Source of the DNA: Stramenopiles sp. TOSAG23-2
Taxonomy: Eukaryota
Direction of reading: 5' to 3'
DNA: 34,030 bases
Assembly: GCA_900128395.1 (NCBI GenBank)
Contig: LT649353.1
Span: 1 to 34,030, forward strand
The notes under the pieces are model-generated. The model was not told where the DNA came from, searched no databases, and was given only the letters and a program-made list of their open reading frames with translations. Made by a program: the position numbers and the translations under genes. Of this stretch, positions 10,476-21,425 are shown one piece after another (position 1 is the first letter of the stretch; every line of letters starts with the position of its first letter).

Positions 10476-13400
10476 ATGGCAAATAAAGAACAGATTGAAA
10501 AATTAAAGGATGCTTTGAAAACTAAGAAAATGGAATTAGGTGAAGTAGAGGAAGCTTGGAAAACTGCACGTGGTAAATTATCAAAAGTATTGCAACGATT
10601 CAAAAGCTTGCAAGAACAAAATCGTGCAAAAAAGAAAGAATTAAAAGCAGCTAAAGCAACAATAGCGGAACTGCGTGCACAAGCAATGTTTACTGGTGAT
10701 AATGATAATAATAATAATAATAAGGATAGTGATAATAATAATAACAATGATAATAACATTGACTATGATGTTGCAGAATACAAAAAAAGAATATCAGAAT
10801 TGGAATCAGAATTATCAGCAATGGTTGAACATGCTGAACATGCTGGCACGAAATCGATTAATAGTGAAAAAGAAAATCGTATATTGATTGAAAAGCTAGA
10901 AGAAGAATTACGTTTATCGAAAATAAAAGAGCAAGAGCTAAAAGAAAAAGGAGATGCAGCTTTACAAACTCAAAAAACACAAGCTAATCTGGAATTAAAA
11001 AAAGCAATAAAAAAAATTAAAGATGAATCTGGAAATATGGAAGAGAAAGATGATGAGATCGAATGGTTGAAAGAAGAACTTGAACAATCACAAGAATCTT
11101 TAAGTGACACACGCAAGGCATTGAAAGAAATGAAAAAAATTAATGAGGAACAAAAAATATCAATGCAAAATAATGATTCCAGAAATGAGATTGAAACGTT
11201 ACAAACAGAGTTAAATAATTCAAAATCAAGTTTCAAAGCTTTAAAAACAGAATTACAAGAATTGAATGTAGAAAACGATCGATTGCAAGAGCAGATGAAG
11301 AAGCTTTCAGCAAGAAAAGTAGCAGTAATCGGCGAGGACAATAGTGATGTAGTAGCCACATACAAATCTACAATTGAAAAGTTGAAGGAACAACTGGATG
11401 ATGCTATGGCAGAGGCGAAAGATTATGAAAATATGGCTGATAGTAGAGGCGAACTACTTGCTGAATATGGGCGAGAGATGCAAAGCACAAAAGAACAAAT
11501 GAAAGGGCTTGAGGAGAAGTGCAAAGAATTGGAAGATATCAATGGCTCTTCAGACAGGGATTTAATTGCTAAGCTATCAGCGTCAGAAAAAACAGTGCAA
11601 GATTTATGGGCAAAATACCAAAGTGTCGATGAACAATTACGCAATGAGAATAAGGCGAAGGGTTCTGAATATGACCATCTTGTGGAAGAAAATGATATGC
11701 TAAAAAAGCAATTAAGGAAAGTTAGTGGTGATTTGGAACAAGAGCGACATAAAAAATCTGTTGTAACGCCAAGTAAAAGTGGCAACACTGAGAATAACAA
11801 TGGTGATAAAATATCAAATCTTCACATGGAATTAAATGGGTATAAAGAGAAATATGAAGCAAATAGTGAAAAAATACAATTTTTGGAAGTAGAATTAGGA
11901 AAACAAAATAGTATAGCTGATGAGCGAAACGATGAAATACATAATTTAAAAACTCAATTATCTTCAATAAAACAGACAGCAAAAGCGAAAGATGAAATCG
12001 ATAATGAAACAAATATGAAATTTGAATCTAAAATAATATCATTAGAAAACGATATTGAACAAAAAAACGATATATTAAAAGAATCGGATGGTGAAATACG
12101 TAAATTGAAAACGGAATTAGAATCATTAAATACAAAATTGGAAGAAAAAAACAATGCATTAAATACTGTACAAAGTGAGCAAAATACAACTACTGATGAA
12201 TTAACTTCAAAAGTTAAAGATTTGGAAGTAGCAATGGGTGAAAAAGATAAACAACTTCAAACCTCTAAATCAAAATTAAAGAAAGTAGTTGATCGTTTCA
12301 AAATTTTACAAGAACAGAGCAAAGAGAAAAAAGATGTAATAAGCCAGTTGGAGGGGAAAATTAGTGAAATTCAAACAAAATCGGATACTGTGGAATCGCA
12401 TTTAAAGAAAGAACGCGAAAAGGCAAAACGAAGTAACGAGCGGTACAAGACCTTGCAGAAAAAATCAAGAGAAACCAGCAAAGAACAACGCGCAAAAGTC
12501 GAAGAGCTTGAAAAAGAAGCTGATTCCTTAAGAGAAAAATTAGTGCAACATGAAAGTGGTGGTAGTGAAATGACCGAACGACTTGAATCGTTACGTACAG
12601 AGAAAGAAAACATCGAACATAAAATGCAAGGGATGAAAGATACCCATGCAAAGGCAATTGCGACAATGGAAGAGAACATGGATGCTGTGCATAATAAATA
12701 CAGTGATATTGAATCAAACTTGAAAATACAAACTGATAAGTTGAATCAAGCTGGAGAAGAAATTCTCTCCTTGAAGGAACGTTTACAACGGAGTGAGGGC
12801 GATGATAACATTAGACTGCAAGAATTAGCTAATGAGAAACATGATTTAGAGGTCCAAATAGAAGCGATGAAAACAGAATATGATTTAAAAATTAATATGC
12901 TAGAAGAAATGAGTTTGGAAATACAAAATAAATGCGATTCAATGGAATCGAATTTGAGCAAGGAACGTGAAAAAGTGAAAAGAAGCATTGATCGTTATAA
13001 GAATCTACAAAAAAAGTCAAAAGAGACAAGCAAAACACAACGAGCCAAAATTGATAAGCTTGAAAAAGAAGCAGAATCTGTAAAAGGGCGATTGTTGCAG
13101 CAAGAAAGTGGCGGGGGTACATTGACAGAACAATTAGAATCTGTGCGTTCTGAAAAGAAGGAGTTGGAAATGAAATTAACATCAATTAAAGATGAATATG
13201 ATGAGTATAAAACAACTCAAAAAGAGAATGATGACAATTTAAATAAAGTTTTAAATAACGAAATTAAATTAAAGGAAGAATCGATGCGTCAGCGTGATGA
13301 AGCGATGGAAGAAAAGGAACAACTAAAAACGTTCCAGCAAGCGTTGCAAAAAAATATAGAAGCAATGGAAAAGAATTCTCAGAATCAAATTGACACTTTA

Positions 13401-14798
13401 AAGAAAGAGATTAATGAATTGCAAGAGAATCATCAAGCATCTATAATAGTAAAAAATGAAGAAATTAAAAAATTAAAAAGCGTAATCGATGATTTAGCTA
13501 CAGAACATGCCAGTATTGCTGATCAAGGTGGAAAAGTTGGCATTGTGTCTAATAACAATGATGAATTGAGAAAGAGCAATATAAAAGAGGAAACAAAAGA
13601 TGCGTTCAATGCAATGCAAGAAGTCCTTCAAGATCAATTAGCAACCTTAAGCGATATGTTAGAACCATCCATAGATTATTATGAAGAAGAAAAATCCAGA
13701 TCTAAGCAACTAAAGCTTGCAACAAAAGAAGGTGAGTTACAAAGGCGTTTTAAGAAAACGTTGCAAACTCTGTCATTTTTAACCTCTGGCCCATTAACGT
13801 CCGAGCGTCGCATGGAAATCGTAGAGGAATTGAAAAGAGCATATTTGAGGCTAAGAGAAGAAATTGTAAATGTTGCAAGAAAAATTGATGTCATACCATC
13901 AGATATTTTACAAGAGGAAGAAGTCATTCGCAAGGAGCAACACGTTAAAATAACTGCGTTGGAAAAACAAGCGAAAGAACTGCAAGATGCGTTACGACGC
14001 GCAGATGCTCACGAAGTTCTTGTATTAAAAGAAGCAGCTCTAGCACAGGCACAGATGAGAAACGAATATGAACGGGAAATTGCTAGATTGCATACTAGTG
14101 CTGATTATGCAATAAAATCGACTTCGGAATGGACACGAATGCAAGATACTAATTCTGGAAAACCATATTATGTAAATCGAATTACCGGTATAAGTCAATG
14201 GGAAATTCCAGCAGAACTTTTGACACCAACTACTGAGAAAGATATGCTTGTAGATGAAAATAAGGAATTGAACATTGAAATCGAATCTTTGCGAAGAATA
14301 TTGAGTGAAGAAAGAGAAGCAAAAACGGAAAGTGTTGAAAAAGTAGTTACTTTGGAAAGGCATATACGAGATATGGAAAAGAAACATTTAATGGAAATTA
14401 AACGTACAGCTGCAGAAACGAGAAAAATGGCTGTGGATGATTTAAGAAATAGTAGTATGAAAGTAGATACGTTAAATAGGAAATTGCAAGATCTTGAAAA
14501 TAAACATACGATGGAAATTGAGAAGCTTCGAACTAGCCATGTATTATCTTTAGAAGAACTTCGTTCAGAAGCTAATAGGGAAAAGGATACTGCAATACGA
14601 TCATTAAAATCTTCAATGAACGCTAGTAATGCTGGAAATATAAGTGTAAGCAGTGCAATAGAAACACCGTTGCGAAATAGTAATGTAAAAAGTTCATGGT
14701 CATCTAGATCATCGAGCTTTAAACCTCATTTAGCACGTGAAAGAGCAAAATTGCTGGCTGCTAAAATAATGAGAACACGGAAAAGCAGTGGAAAATAA
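10476..14798 (+). CDS. Giant coiled-coil protein with one WW domain (1440 aa)
   Basis: E/K/L heptad-rich throughout; WW motif EWTRMQDTNSGKPYYVNRITGISQWEIP near 14128-14210; internal repeat with a 552-nt offset. Confidence 0.9.
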   Translation: MANKEQIEKLKDALKTKKMELGEVEEAWKTARGKLSKVLQRFKSLQEQNRAKKKELKAAKATIAELRAQAMFTGDNDNNNNNKDSDNNNNNDNNIDYDVAEYKKRISELESELSAMVEHAEHAGTKSINSEKENRILIEKLEEELRLSKIKEQELKEKGDAALQTQKTQANLELKKAIKKIKDESGNMEEKDDEIEWLKEELEQSQESLSDTRKALKEMKKINEEQKISMQNNDSRNEIETLQTELNNSKSSFKALKTELQELNVENDRLQEQMKKLSARKVAVIGEDNSDVVATYKSTIEKLKEQLDDAMAEAKDYENMADSRGELLAEYGREMQSTKEQMKGLEEKCKELEDINGSSDRDLIAKLSASEKTVQDLWAKYQSVDEQLRNENKAKGSEYDHLVEENDMLKKQLRKVSGDLEQERHKKSVVTPSKSGNTENNNGDKISNLHMELNGYKEKYEANSEKIQFLEVELGKQNSIADERNDEIHNLKTQLSSIKQTAKAKDEIDNETNMKFESKIISLENDIEQKNDILKESDGEIRKLKTELESLNTKLEEKNNALNTVQSEQNTTTDELTSKVKDLEVAMGEKDKQLQTSKSKLKKVVDRFKILQEQSKEKKDVISQLEGKISEIQTKSDTVESHLKKEREKAKRSNERYKTLQKKSRETSKEQRAKVEELEKEADSLREKLVQHESGGSEMTERLESLRTEKENIEHKMQGMKDTHAKAIATMEENMDAVHNKYSDIESNLKIQTDKLNQAGEEILSLKERLQRSEGDDNIRLQELANEKHDLEVQIEAMKTEYDLKINMLEEMSLEIQNKCDSMESNLSKEREKVKRSIDRYKNLQKKSKETSKTQRAKIDKLEKEAESVKGRLLQQESGGGTLTEQLESVRSEKKELEMKLTSIKDEYDEYKTTQKENDDNLNKVLNNEIKLKEESMRQRDEAMEEKEQLKTFQQALQKNIEAMEKNSQNQIDTLKKEINELQENHQASIIVKNEEIKKLKSVIDDLATEHASIADQGGKVGIVSNNNDELRKSNIKEETKDAFNAMQEVLQDQLATLSDMLEPSIDYYEEEKSRSKQLKLATKEGELQRRFKKTLQTLSFLTSGPLTSERRMEIVEELKRAYLRLREEIVNVARKIDVIPSDILQEEEVIRKEQHVKITALEKQAKELQDALRRADAHEVLVLKEAALAQAQMRNEYEREIARLHTSADYAIKSTSEWTRMQDTNSGKPYYVNRITGISQWEIPAELLTPTTEKDMLVDENKELNIEIESLRRILSEEREAKTESVEKVVTLERHIRDMEKKHLMEIKRTAAETRKMAVDDLRNSSMKVDTLNRKLQDLENKHTMEIEKLRTSHVLSLEELRSEANREKDTAIRSLKSSMNASNAGNISVSSAIETPLRNSNVKSSWSSRSSSFKPHLARERAKLLAAKIMRTRKSSGK

Positions 14799-14859
14799 GA
14801 AAACTATTCATTTTTAAATTTTTATTTTTTTTGCTATATTCTAGATTTTTATATTTTTC

Positions 14860-14895
<36 letters not shown>

Positions 14896-14899
<4 letters not shown>

Positions 14900-14945
14900 T
14901 CCACATGTTAGACTACATACACTCCACATGTTAGACTACATACAC
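14896..14945. repeat. 23-bp tandem repeat x2 after a (TA)n(CA)n microsatellite
   Basis: acactccacatgttagactacat occurs twice (14896-14918, 14919-14941). Confidence 0.9.
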
Positions 14946-14966
14946 AGCACGCCGTATACCATTTTC

Positions 14967-15635
14967 TTAAAATCTTAAGAAGTGCAAAAATGCATGCAAA
15001 TACGGATAACCACCAACATAATTTTCACATGTTTCATGTGTATAACCACTTGGTATTTCAAAAATATTCTTATCTTTTGGTGGACCGACTACCATATTGC
15101 GAAATTCATATGTAGATAGAGGCACTTTTTTGACATTTGCGATTGATTCCTCCGTTGCTTGAAATGGTAATAAATCCTTTGAATAAATATGGACTAATGA
15201 ATCAACATTTTCATATATCCAATGATCTGCATTATTATTATTATTATCTTTTCCTTTATATTGTATTTGTCTTGGAAACAATACTTCTGGCATTTTTTCA
15301 CCTAAATAACTACGACGACATTCGGGATATTTACCACCACGTACCATATACTCATTCTTTAAATCATATCGTCGTATGTATGTCCTACCAGCTTCATATC
15401 CTTTTATAATCTTAGCATATGCCATACCTCCAATATTATCATATACAATTTTAATATGTCTTTCTCTTGGAGGATAATTTTGTTTTGGATCAAGTTGGTG
15501 TGATGTTATTATTAAATCAGCAGAAAATTGTGAAGGTATATGTGGAAGTGGTACTGCGATTGTTGTTGTTATTGCACTGCACCATGTCGTGACTGCAGCC
15601 ACAAATGTGAAGAAGATGAGAGGAGGGGCATACAT
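14967..15635 (-). CDS. Secreted ependymin-related (EPDR/LolA-fold-like) protein, tentative
   Basis: First ATG at 15635 gives a signal peptide (MYAPPLIFFTFVAAVTTWCSA), then PHIPSQFSA, VYDN, RYDLKNEY, a Cys, and C-terminal FRNMVVGPPKDKNIFEIPSGY...C, matching the EPDR pattern. Confidence 0.6.
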   Translation of the reverse strand: MYAPPLIFFTFVAAVTTWCSAITTTIAVPLPHIPSQFSADLIITSHQLDPKQNYPPRERHIKIVYDNIGGMAYAKIIKGYEAGRTYIRRYDLKNEYMVRGGKYPECRRSYLGEKMPEVLFPRQIQYKGKDNNNNNADHWIYENVDSLVHIYSKDLLPFQATEESIANVKKVPLSTYEFRNMVVGPPKDKNIFEIPSGYTHETCENYVGGYPYLHAFLHFLRF

Positions 15636-16159
15636 CGTGTCTTTTGTCTTTTTGTTAGGTATTGGATGTGATTCTATCTTTCTGTCTTTCAACTATAATA
15701 TCTATTTTATCTGTATTGTGGTATATATATCAAAATTAATATAAGATTATTATTCCTTCTTCTTCTTCTTCTTTTGTTGTATTATTATTATACTACGTGT
15801 ATTATTTATACGATAGGACTTGTTAGAGTATGATTCACCAGGTTTAGCATGGACACAGCAGCATTCTACATATATTATACGACAAAGCAGCCAAACGCCG
15901 CCAAACCTTTTATTTTTTTGTATTAAGAAATATAACCGGACTATTGAAAGACGACAACAACTTGGACCAACCCACACAACACAGCAACAACCTAAACCAG
16001 CCAACAACACGTGTTGTTGTTGTTTAAATATAATAAGTCACAAATAATTTCAACAAATATACTTGATAGAAAACGATACATTCCAGATATAGAACAGATT
16101 AAATATAGAAGTATACAAAGAATGTATCCGACGATACTAGCTGCCACTGGTGTATCAAC

Positions 16160-17460
16160 ATGATAGATTTAACACAAATATTATTAATAATATTAATCCT
16201 ATTTGTTGCAATATTAATACAACAAAATCATAATAGTAACAACAACAATAACAACAATAATAATAATCATGATAAATTTATGCAATATTTAACAGATTCA
16301 AAACAGGACAACAACAACAACAACCAATATCAACGTACAAAATCATTTTATCATACTGCAAAAAAACGTATTGGTGAAGTTGATACTGCAAAATTGATTT
16401 TTCAAGCTGATCAATACCGATTTGCAATGGTGACAGATATGGATTTAAAATCCCGTGATCCCGATAAATTTTTATGGAAATCATTTTTCAAATCTGGAAC
16501 GTTAGTAAAAAAAAATAATAATGTAAATGAAAAAAACAAAGGTAAATATAGTATTGTTTGGGATGATGATGTACAAACATTAACATCTAAAACTGCAACA
16601 AAAAATCGTTCCATGGAATTATCTGCATTAGTACGATATCATCATTGGTTATTAGCATTTTGTGATTATACTGGATTAGTCTTTAAAATTTTACCAGACA
16701 CTTCAAGTGTTTTTCAAAGACATGCAGTGGTAAGTAAATTCTATTACAGTTCTTGCTTGGGAAGGTGCGGTCAAGAACTGTATTCCCTGAACCCTATTTA
16801 TACAAGACAACCTTTCTAACATATTGCACTTTCGTATGCAACGCAATACAGGCTGATGGTGATGGAGAGCAACCAAAACCTATGAAAATTGAATGGGCAA
16901 CTGTAAAAGATGATTTAGTATGGATTGGTAGTAATGGAAAAGAATGGACAGATGCCAATACGGGTGAATTGGTACATACAAACACAATGTGGATCAAGAC
17001 AATCGATGCGAATGGCAGAATATCGAATATTAATTGGTCGATGATTTATTTGGCATTGCGTACCGCGACTAACTCGACTTATCCAGGTTATTTATGGCAT
17101 GAAGCAGTTCATTGGGATCCACGTACAAAACATTGGATTATATTACCTCGTAAGCAAAGTTATACACATTATACACCTGAGGATGATGAAATACGTGGCA
17201 CAAATTTATTAATTATTGCAAATGAAGATTTTACTGATATTAAAGTAAAAAATGTTGGCCCTAAAGAACCAGAATATGGTTTTTCAGCATTACGTAAAGT
17301 TCCAGGAACAAATGATTTATATTTAGCATTAAAAGTTAAGGAAGTTAATTTTACTACGCGAAGTAAAATATGTTTATTCGATTTAAATGGGGAAATGTAT
17401 TTTGATCCTCCATTTTTAAATGTTGGTGATGAAAAATATGAAGGCTTAGAATTTTTATAA
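16160..17460 (+). CDS. CANT1: Calcium-activated nucleotidase/apyrase; two exons 16160-16729 and 16852-17460 (392 aa)
   Basis: N-terminal anchor, VTDMDLKS, RSMELSAL, DYTGLVF, spliced RHAV|ADGDG, MKIEWATVKD, GSNGKEWT, GYLWHEAVHW, LPRK, GFSA, KYEGLEFL. Joining at GT/AG keeps the frame. Confidence 0.92.
16730..16851 (+). other. 122-nt spliceosomal intron
   Basis: GTAAGT donor at 16730, CTAAC branch point at 16816-16820, TACAG acceptor ending 16851; removal fuses two apyrase ORFs in frame. Confidence 0.92.
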
Positions 17461-17821
17461 AAAAATACGAAATATGGCATTCATATATCTTTAGTGATAT
17501 CACGAGTATGTTTGTGTGTGCGTAATTTGAGTATTTTTACAAACACGTGATAAAAAATAAGAAGTATATTGTGTAAAACAAATTACGAATCGTACAAATG
17601 ACCTCTTTTTAAAGTACGACGGGTCGTAAATTTTATGTACTAGAGAGAGTATGACATATATATATGCATATGATATGACATATATATATATAATACTACT
17701 CTGGATCTTTCACATCGATAACCTCACCGTCTTCGAGTGAACCCGACGTCCAGCGCGTTCAACAAGTGCGCCGTGAAGGATAGACACCCAAGAGATTTTT
17801 ACGTCGTAACTCTTATGCATA

Positions 17822-19162
17822 CTAACCATCGCCGCCAGCCATTCCATATATCATTGTCAAAAACGTAAACCACAATGAAAACAATTGTGTCAACGTTTTA
17901 AAATTCAATAATAGGCCATACATTCTTAACCCAACATCACCAACATTTAATCTTAGATTAAAGTAATTTATCGCATAATTCCTTTTTATCAATGAATCTG
18001 GATTATGTGTATGAATTGGTCTTCGTAAAAAATTTCGCATAACTTGCATGCCTTGAGTACCAAGGGACGCTGCCTGTACTAAAATGTATATGTTTGGTGT
18101 AATAAATAAACATTGATAAAACGCACGTATTGTAAAATCCAAGAAATTGACATTTTTTGCATCTGATGAGAGTTTACCAACAAAAAATGAAGAGCAAAGT
18201 ACACAACATGTTGTGTAAATACCAAGGTACATTCCAAATTCTTTACCAGTTATATTAATATTATGTTGTATTGCATTGAAATGATCTACTAATGCCATCG
18301 AATCAACATCTTCCTGTTCCGTATTTTTATTTCGCAAATCTTCTTTCATTAATCTCAAGCACTGTTTATAATATGCCATTTTCAATGCAAAAGACATGCT
18401 AGTATGTCCAACAACAGCAGAAGCCACAGCATAAATTGGATATACCAATATTTGATCAAGTACAACGAAAAAGTTATTCTCGCATGTAAATTTACCATCT
18501 TTCTTTATAATATCACCTAAGTTTATATTCCATATTGTGCATCCACCAATTAAACTAATAATAGGAATCGCACATGCGCCAATTACACTTCTTCGTATTA
18601 TTTTAATCATTTCCTTTAATGATTTTATATTTCCAGTCGGACAATATCCAATATCTTCCAAGGAATTACCATTTACATCTGCAGTTTGATAATTAGCTTT
18701 GAACAATTTAGGGCGGAATATAAAATTTATCATTGCAACCAATGTTAATAAAATCACTCCAATCGATTCCCAAAAATTTCTTGGTTCGTTATCTGAATGA
18801 ATTTCATAAAATGAAATGATACATGGGATGGCCTCTTTATATGCAACACTATAAATCAATGCAATAATCCATCCTACTGTACCCCACATGCAACATATAA
18901 AGATAAACCATGAATACATTTTATAGGAAAGTTTTGATTGTTTAGTAGGACAATCATACAATGCCGCCCATCGGCCTAATTTATCCATGCGCTCACACCA
19001 TTTTTTATATTCTTTTTGTAGTTGAACCAATTCTGGATTATAATAAGAATCTTCTTTTTTTTCTCCATGCACTAAATTTTTTTGTGATAATAAACTTTGT
19101 TTTGCCGCGGTATTAAGCGGGGCTTTGTTATTATTCGAGGGTGATATGTTTGCTAAATTCAT
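17822..19162 (-). CDS. Multi-pass membrane protein, candidate gustatory-receptor-like (7TM ion channel superfamily)
   Basis: About 7 hydrophobic segments, a long loop after TM4, and C-terminal GLRMYGLLLNFKTLTQLFSLWFTFLTMI resembling the GR/GRL TM7 region. Confidence 0.6.
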   Translation of the reverse strand: MNLANISPSNNNKAPLNTAAKQSLLSQKNLVHGEKKEDSYYNPELVQLQKEYKKWCERMDKLGRWAALYDCPTKQSKLSYKMYSWFIFICCMWGTVGWIIALIYSVAYKEAIPCIISFYEIHSDNEPRNFWESIGVILLTLVAMINFIFRPKLFKANYQTADVNGNSLEDIGYCPTGNIKSLKEMIKIIRRSVIGACAIPIISLIGGCTIWNINLGDIIKKDGKFTCENNFFVVLDQILVYPIYAVASAVVGHTSMSFALKMAYYKQCLRLMKEDLRNKNTEQEDVDSMALVDHFNAIQHNINITGKEFGMYLGIYTTCCVLCSSFFVGKLSSDAKNVNFLDFTIRAFYQCLFITPNIYILVQAASLGTQGMQVMRNFLRRPIHTHNPDSLIKRNYAINYFNLRLNVGDVGLRMYGLLLNFKTLTQLFSLWFTFLTMIYGMAGGDG

Positions 19163-19244
19163 CTTTGTTTGCTGTTTGCTGTGTATTCAGATTCATATAC
19201 ATGTATGTATTAATATATATAATATATATAGTCTATAAATACAT

Positions 19245-19564
19245 ATATATATGTAGACTCTCTACAAACAGAGAGTTTAAAAAAGATATTCAATTTATTA
19301 ACATTAGTTGCATTAATAATTGTAGTAAAAAAAAATAAAATAATAATAATATGCCTCATAGCTTACATTATGTAAGCCAGTAAGCTTAGTCTACCACATA
19401 TATGTAGACTCTCTACAAACAGAGAGTTTAAAAAAGATATTCAATTTATTAATTAATATGCACGTGCATATTAGTTGCATTATTAATAGTGCAATAATTG
19501 TAAAAAAAAATAAAATAATATGCCTCTTACAGTATTATGTAAAGCCAGTAAGCTTATATACCAC
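19245..19564. repeat. Diverged tandem duplication (~153/167 bp) upstream of the 17822-19162 gene
   Basis: atatatgtagactctctacaaacagagagtttaaaaaagatattcaatttatta...gccagtaagctta occurs twice with indels. Confidence 0.9.
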
Positions 19565-19821
19565 GACGGTGGTATTATTATATTAATAGATCTATATTTA
19601 TACTGAACTGGTGGTATTTGTACGCTTCGCTCGCAATCGCAATGCTAAGTTTATATACAGTGTACTGTACTGTAATATGCTCTCAGGTACCCGGAGTAAG
19701 TCCTATGAAAAGGGGGTGTGTTTTTCAAAGTTTCAATTATTTATTTTTGGAGAGCAACGAGAAGACGGTGCGGTGGTCATGATTATAAATAAAACGTTAT
19801 TATTACCGTAGAGAGTTAGCG

Positions 19822-20117
19822 ATAATAATTAATAAAAAAATATGCACATCAGTCGTCACACGCATCGAAAATATAGATATACACTTGTATATATACATTT
19901 GAAACATCGTAAAAAGAATTAGAAAACACTGCGCTCGTCTTTAAATTCTAACTAGTAGTAGTGTGTGATATAATAATTAATAAAAAAATATGCACATCAG
20001 TCGTCACACGCATCGAAAATATAGATATACACTTGTATATATACATTTGAAACATCGTAAAAAGAATTAGAAAACACTGCGCTCGTCTTTAAATTCTAAC
20101 TAGTAGTAGTGTGTGAT
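19822..20117. repeat. Exact 148-bp tandem duplication ending in the AT of the ATG at 20116
   Basis: 19822-19969 equals 19970-20117. Confidence 0.95.
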
Positions 20118-20463
20118 GGCAGAGAATACTAACAACAACGATAACAACAACAATGGAAGACCACCTGGATCAATATCCAGACCGCCGCGCCAACCACCAC
20201 CACCGCCGCCGGCAAGATCATCGTCATTAGTAGTTGATACTTCATCTGTGAATAGTAATAATAATAGAAATAATAACGACAATCGATTAGGTGTTCGTTT
20301 ACGTCATTTATCTCCACATCCACCTCCATTAACATCCCCATTAGTGCAACTACCCAATCGTCCAACACCTGCCATTTCTGGCGGCATTTCATTAATACGT
20401 ACAACTGCTTTTGTTGACATATTTCTCGACGTGTGTATGTTGTTCTTTTTAATTCGACGTTGA
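20116..20463 (+). CDS. Pro/Asn-rich ORF, probably the first exon or a truncated remnant of a gene
   Basis: ATG with poly-Asn and Pro-rich segments like the neighbouring genes; possible GTATGT donor at 20435, but no convincing downstream exon. Confidence 0.4.
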   Translation: MAENTNNNDNNNNGRPPGSISRPPRQPPPPPPARSSSLVVDTSSVNSNNNRNNNDNRLGVRLRHLSPHPPPLTSPLVQLPNRPTPAISGGISLIRTTAFVDIFLDVCMLFFLIRR

Positions 20464-20689
20464 ATTTGTTTATTTCAAAAATAACAAATGTATTTCTACT
20501 ATATATGTATCTCTGTTTACCAATTCTACTTTCGTATCGATGCATATACCAATTATCGATATTTGTGTGTGTCTGTTATATATGTTATGTTATTTGTTTT
20601 TAAATCTGTCAGTTGCTGTCTAATAGTATGTCCATGCTAATGTAATATTCGAAATATGGTACTTGTAATCATAATCTTCCTCTCCGTTT

Positions 20690-21310
20690 AACGATAATTT
20701 ACTCTGCGCTTTAATGGATTTAAGGGCTTGGCAGATTACAGTATATTAATAGTCTAATTTCACTAATATTATACCACAGGTACCAGGATTACCAGATTAC
20801 CCAATCAGAATTAAATTTGAAAATAATTAACGATAATTTACTCTGCGCTTTAATGGATTTAAGGGCTTGGCAGATTACAGTATTAATAGTATAGTCTAAT
20901 ATAATACCACAGGTACCAGGATTACCCAATCAGAATTAAATTTGAAAATAATTGCCAGATTTTTGTTGTTGTTGTTGTAAAAAATATAATTGCATATGGA
21001 CACTACTATTTTAAATAAAGATTTATTCATCAGTAATAAATAAAACAATAACCCCTGGGAACTAAAACGATAATTTACTCTGCGCTTTAATGGATTTAAG
21101 GGCTTGGCAGATTACAGTATATTAATAGTCTAATTTCACTAATATTATACCACAGGTACCAGGATTACCAGATTACCCAATCAGAATTAAATTTGAAAAT
21201 AATTGCCAGATTTTTGTTGTTGTAAAAAATATAATTGCATATGGACACACTACTATTTAAATAAAGATTTATTCATCAGTAATAAATAAAACAATAACCC
21301 CTGGGAACTA
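20690..21310. repeat. Triplicated upstream segment in A(partial)-B-A arrangement
   Basis: Copies 20690-20828 (139 bp), 20829-21064 and 21066-21310 all start aacgataatttactctgcgctttaatgg; copies 1 and 3 share variants that differ from copy 2. Confidence 0.95.
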
Positions 21311-21425
21311 TAGATGGAAGAAAAAGTTAAAAGAGTATATATATAGCGACAATAATAATAGTAATAATAATTGATATAAAAACACGTTGTAGTAAACATT
21401 TATTATATAAAACAGAATAAAAAAA

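Noticed and set aside
10436-14387. Many short minus-strand ORFs inside the coiled-coil gene
   Set aside because: S/F/L-rich shadows of E/K codons with no independent motifs.
20690-21310. CRISPR-like repeat array
   Set aside because: Units are 139-245 bp with no unique spacers, no cas genes, and the context is eukaryotic.
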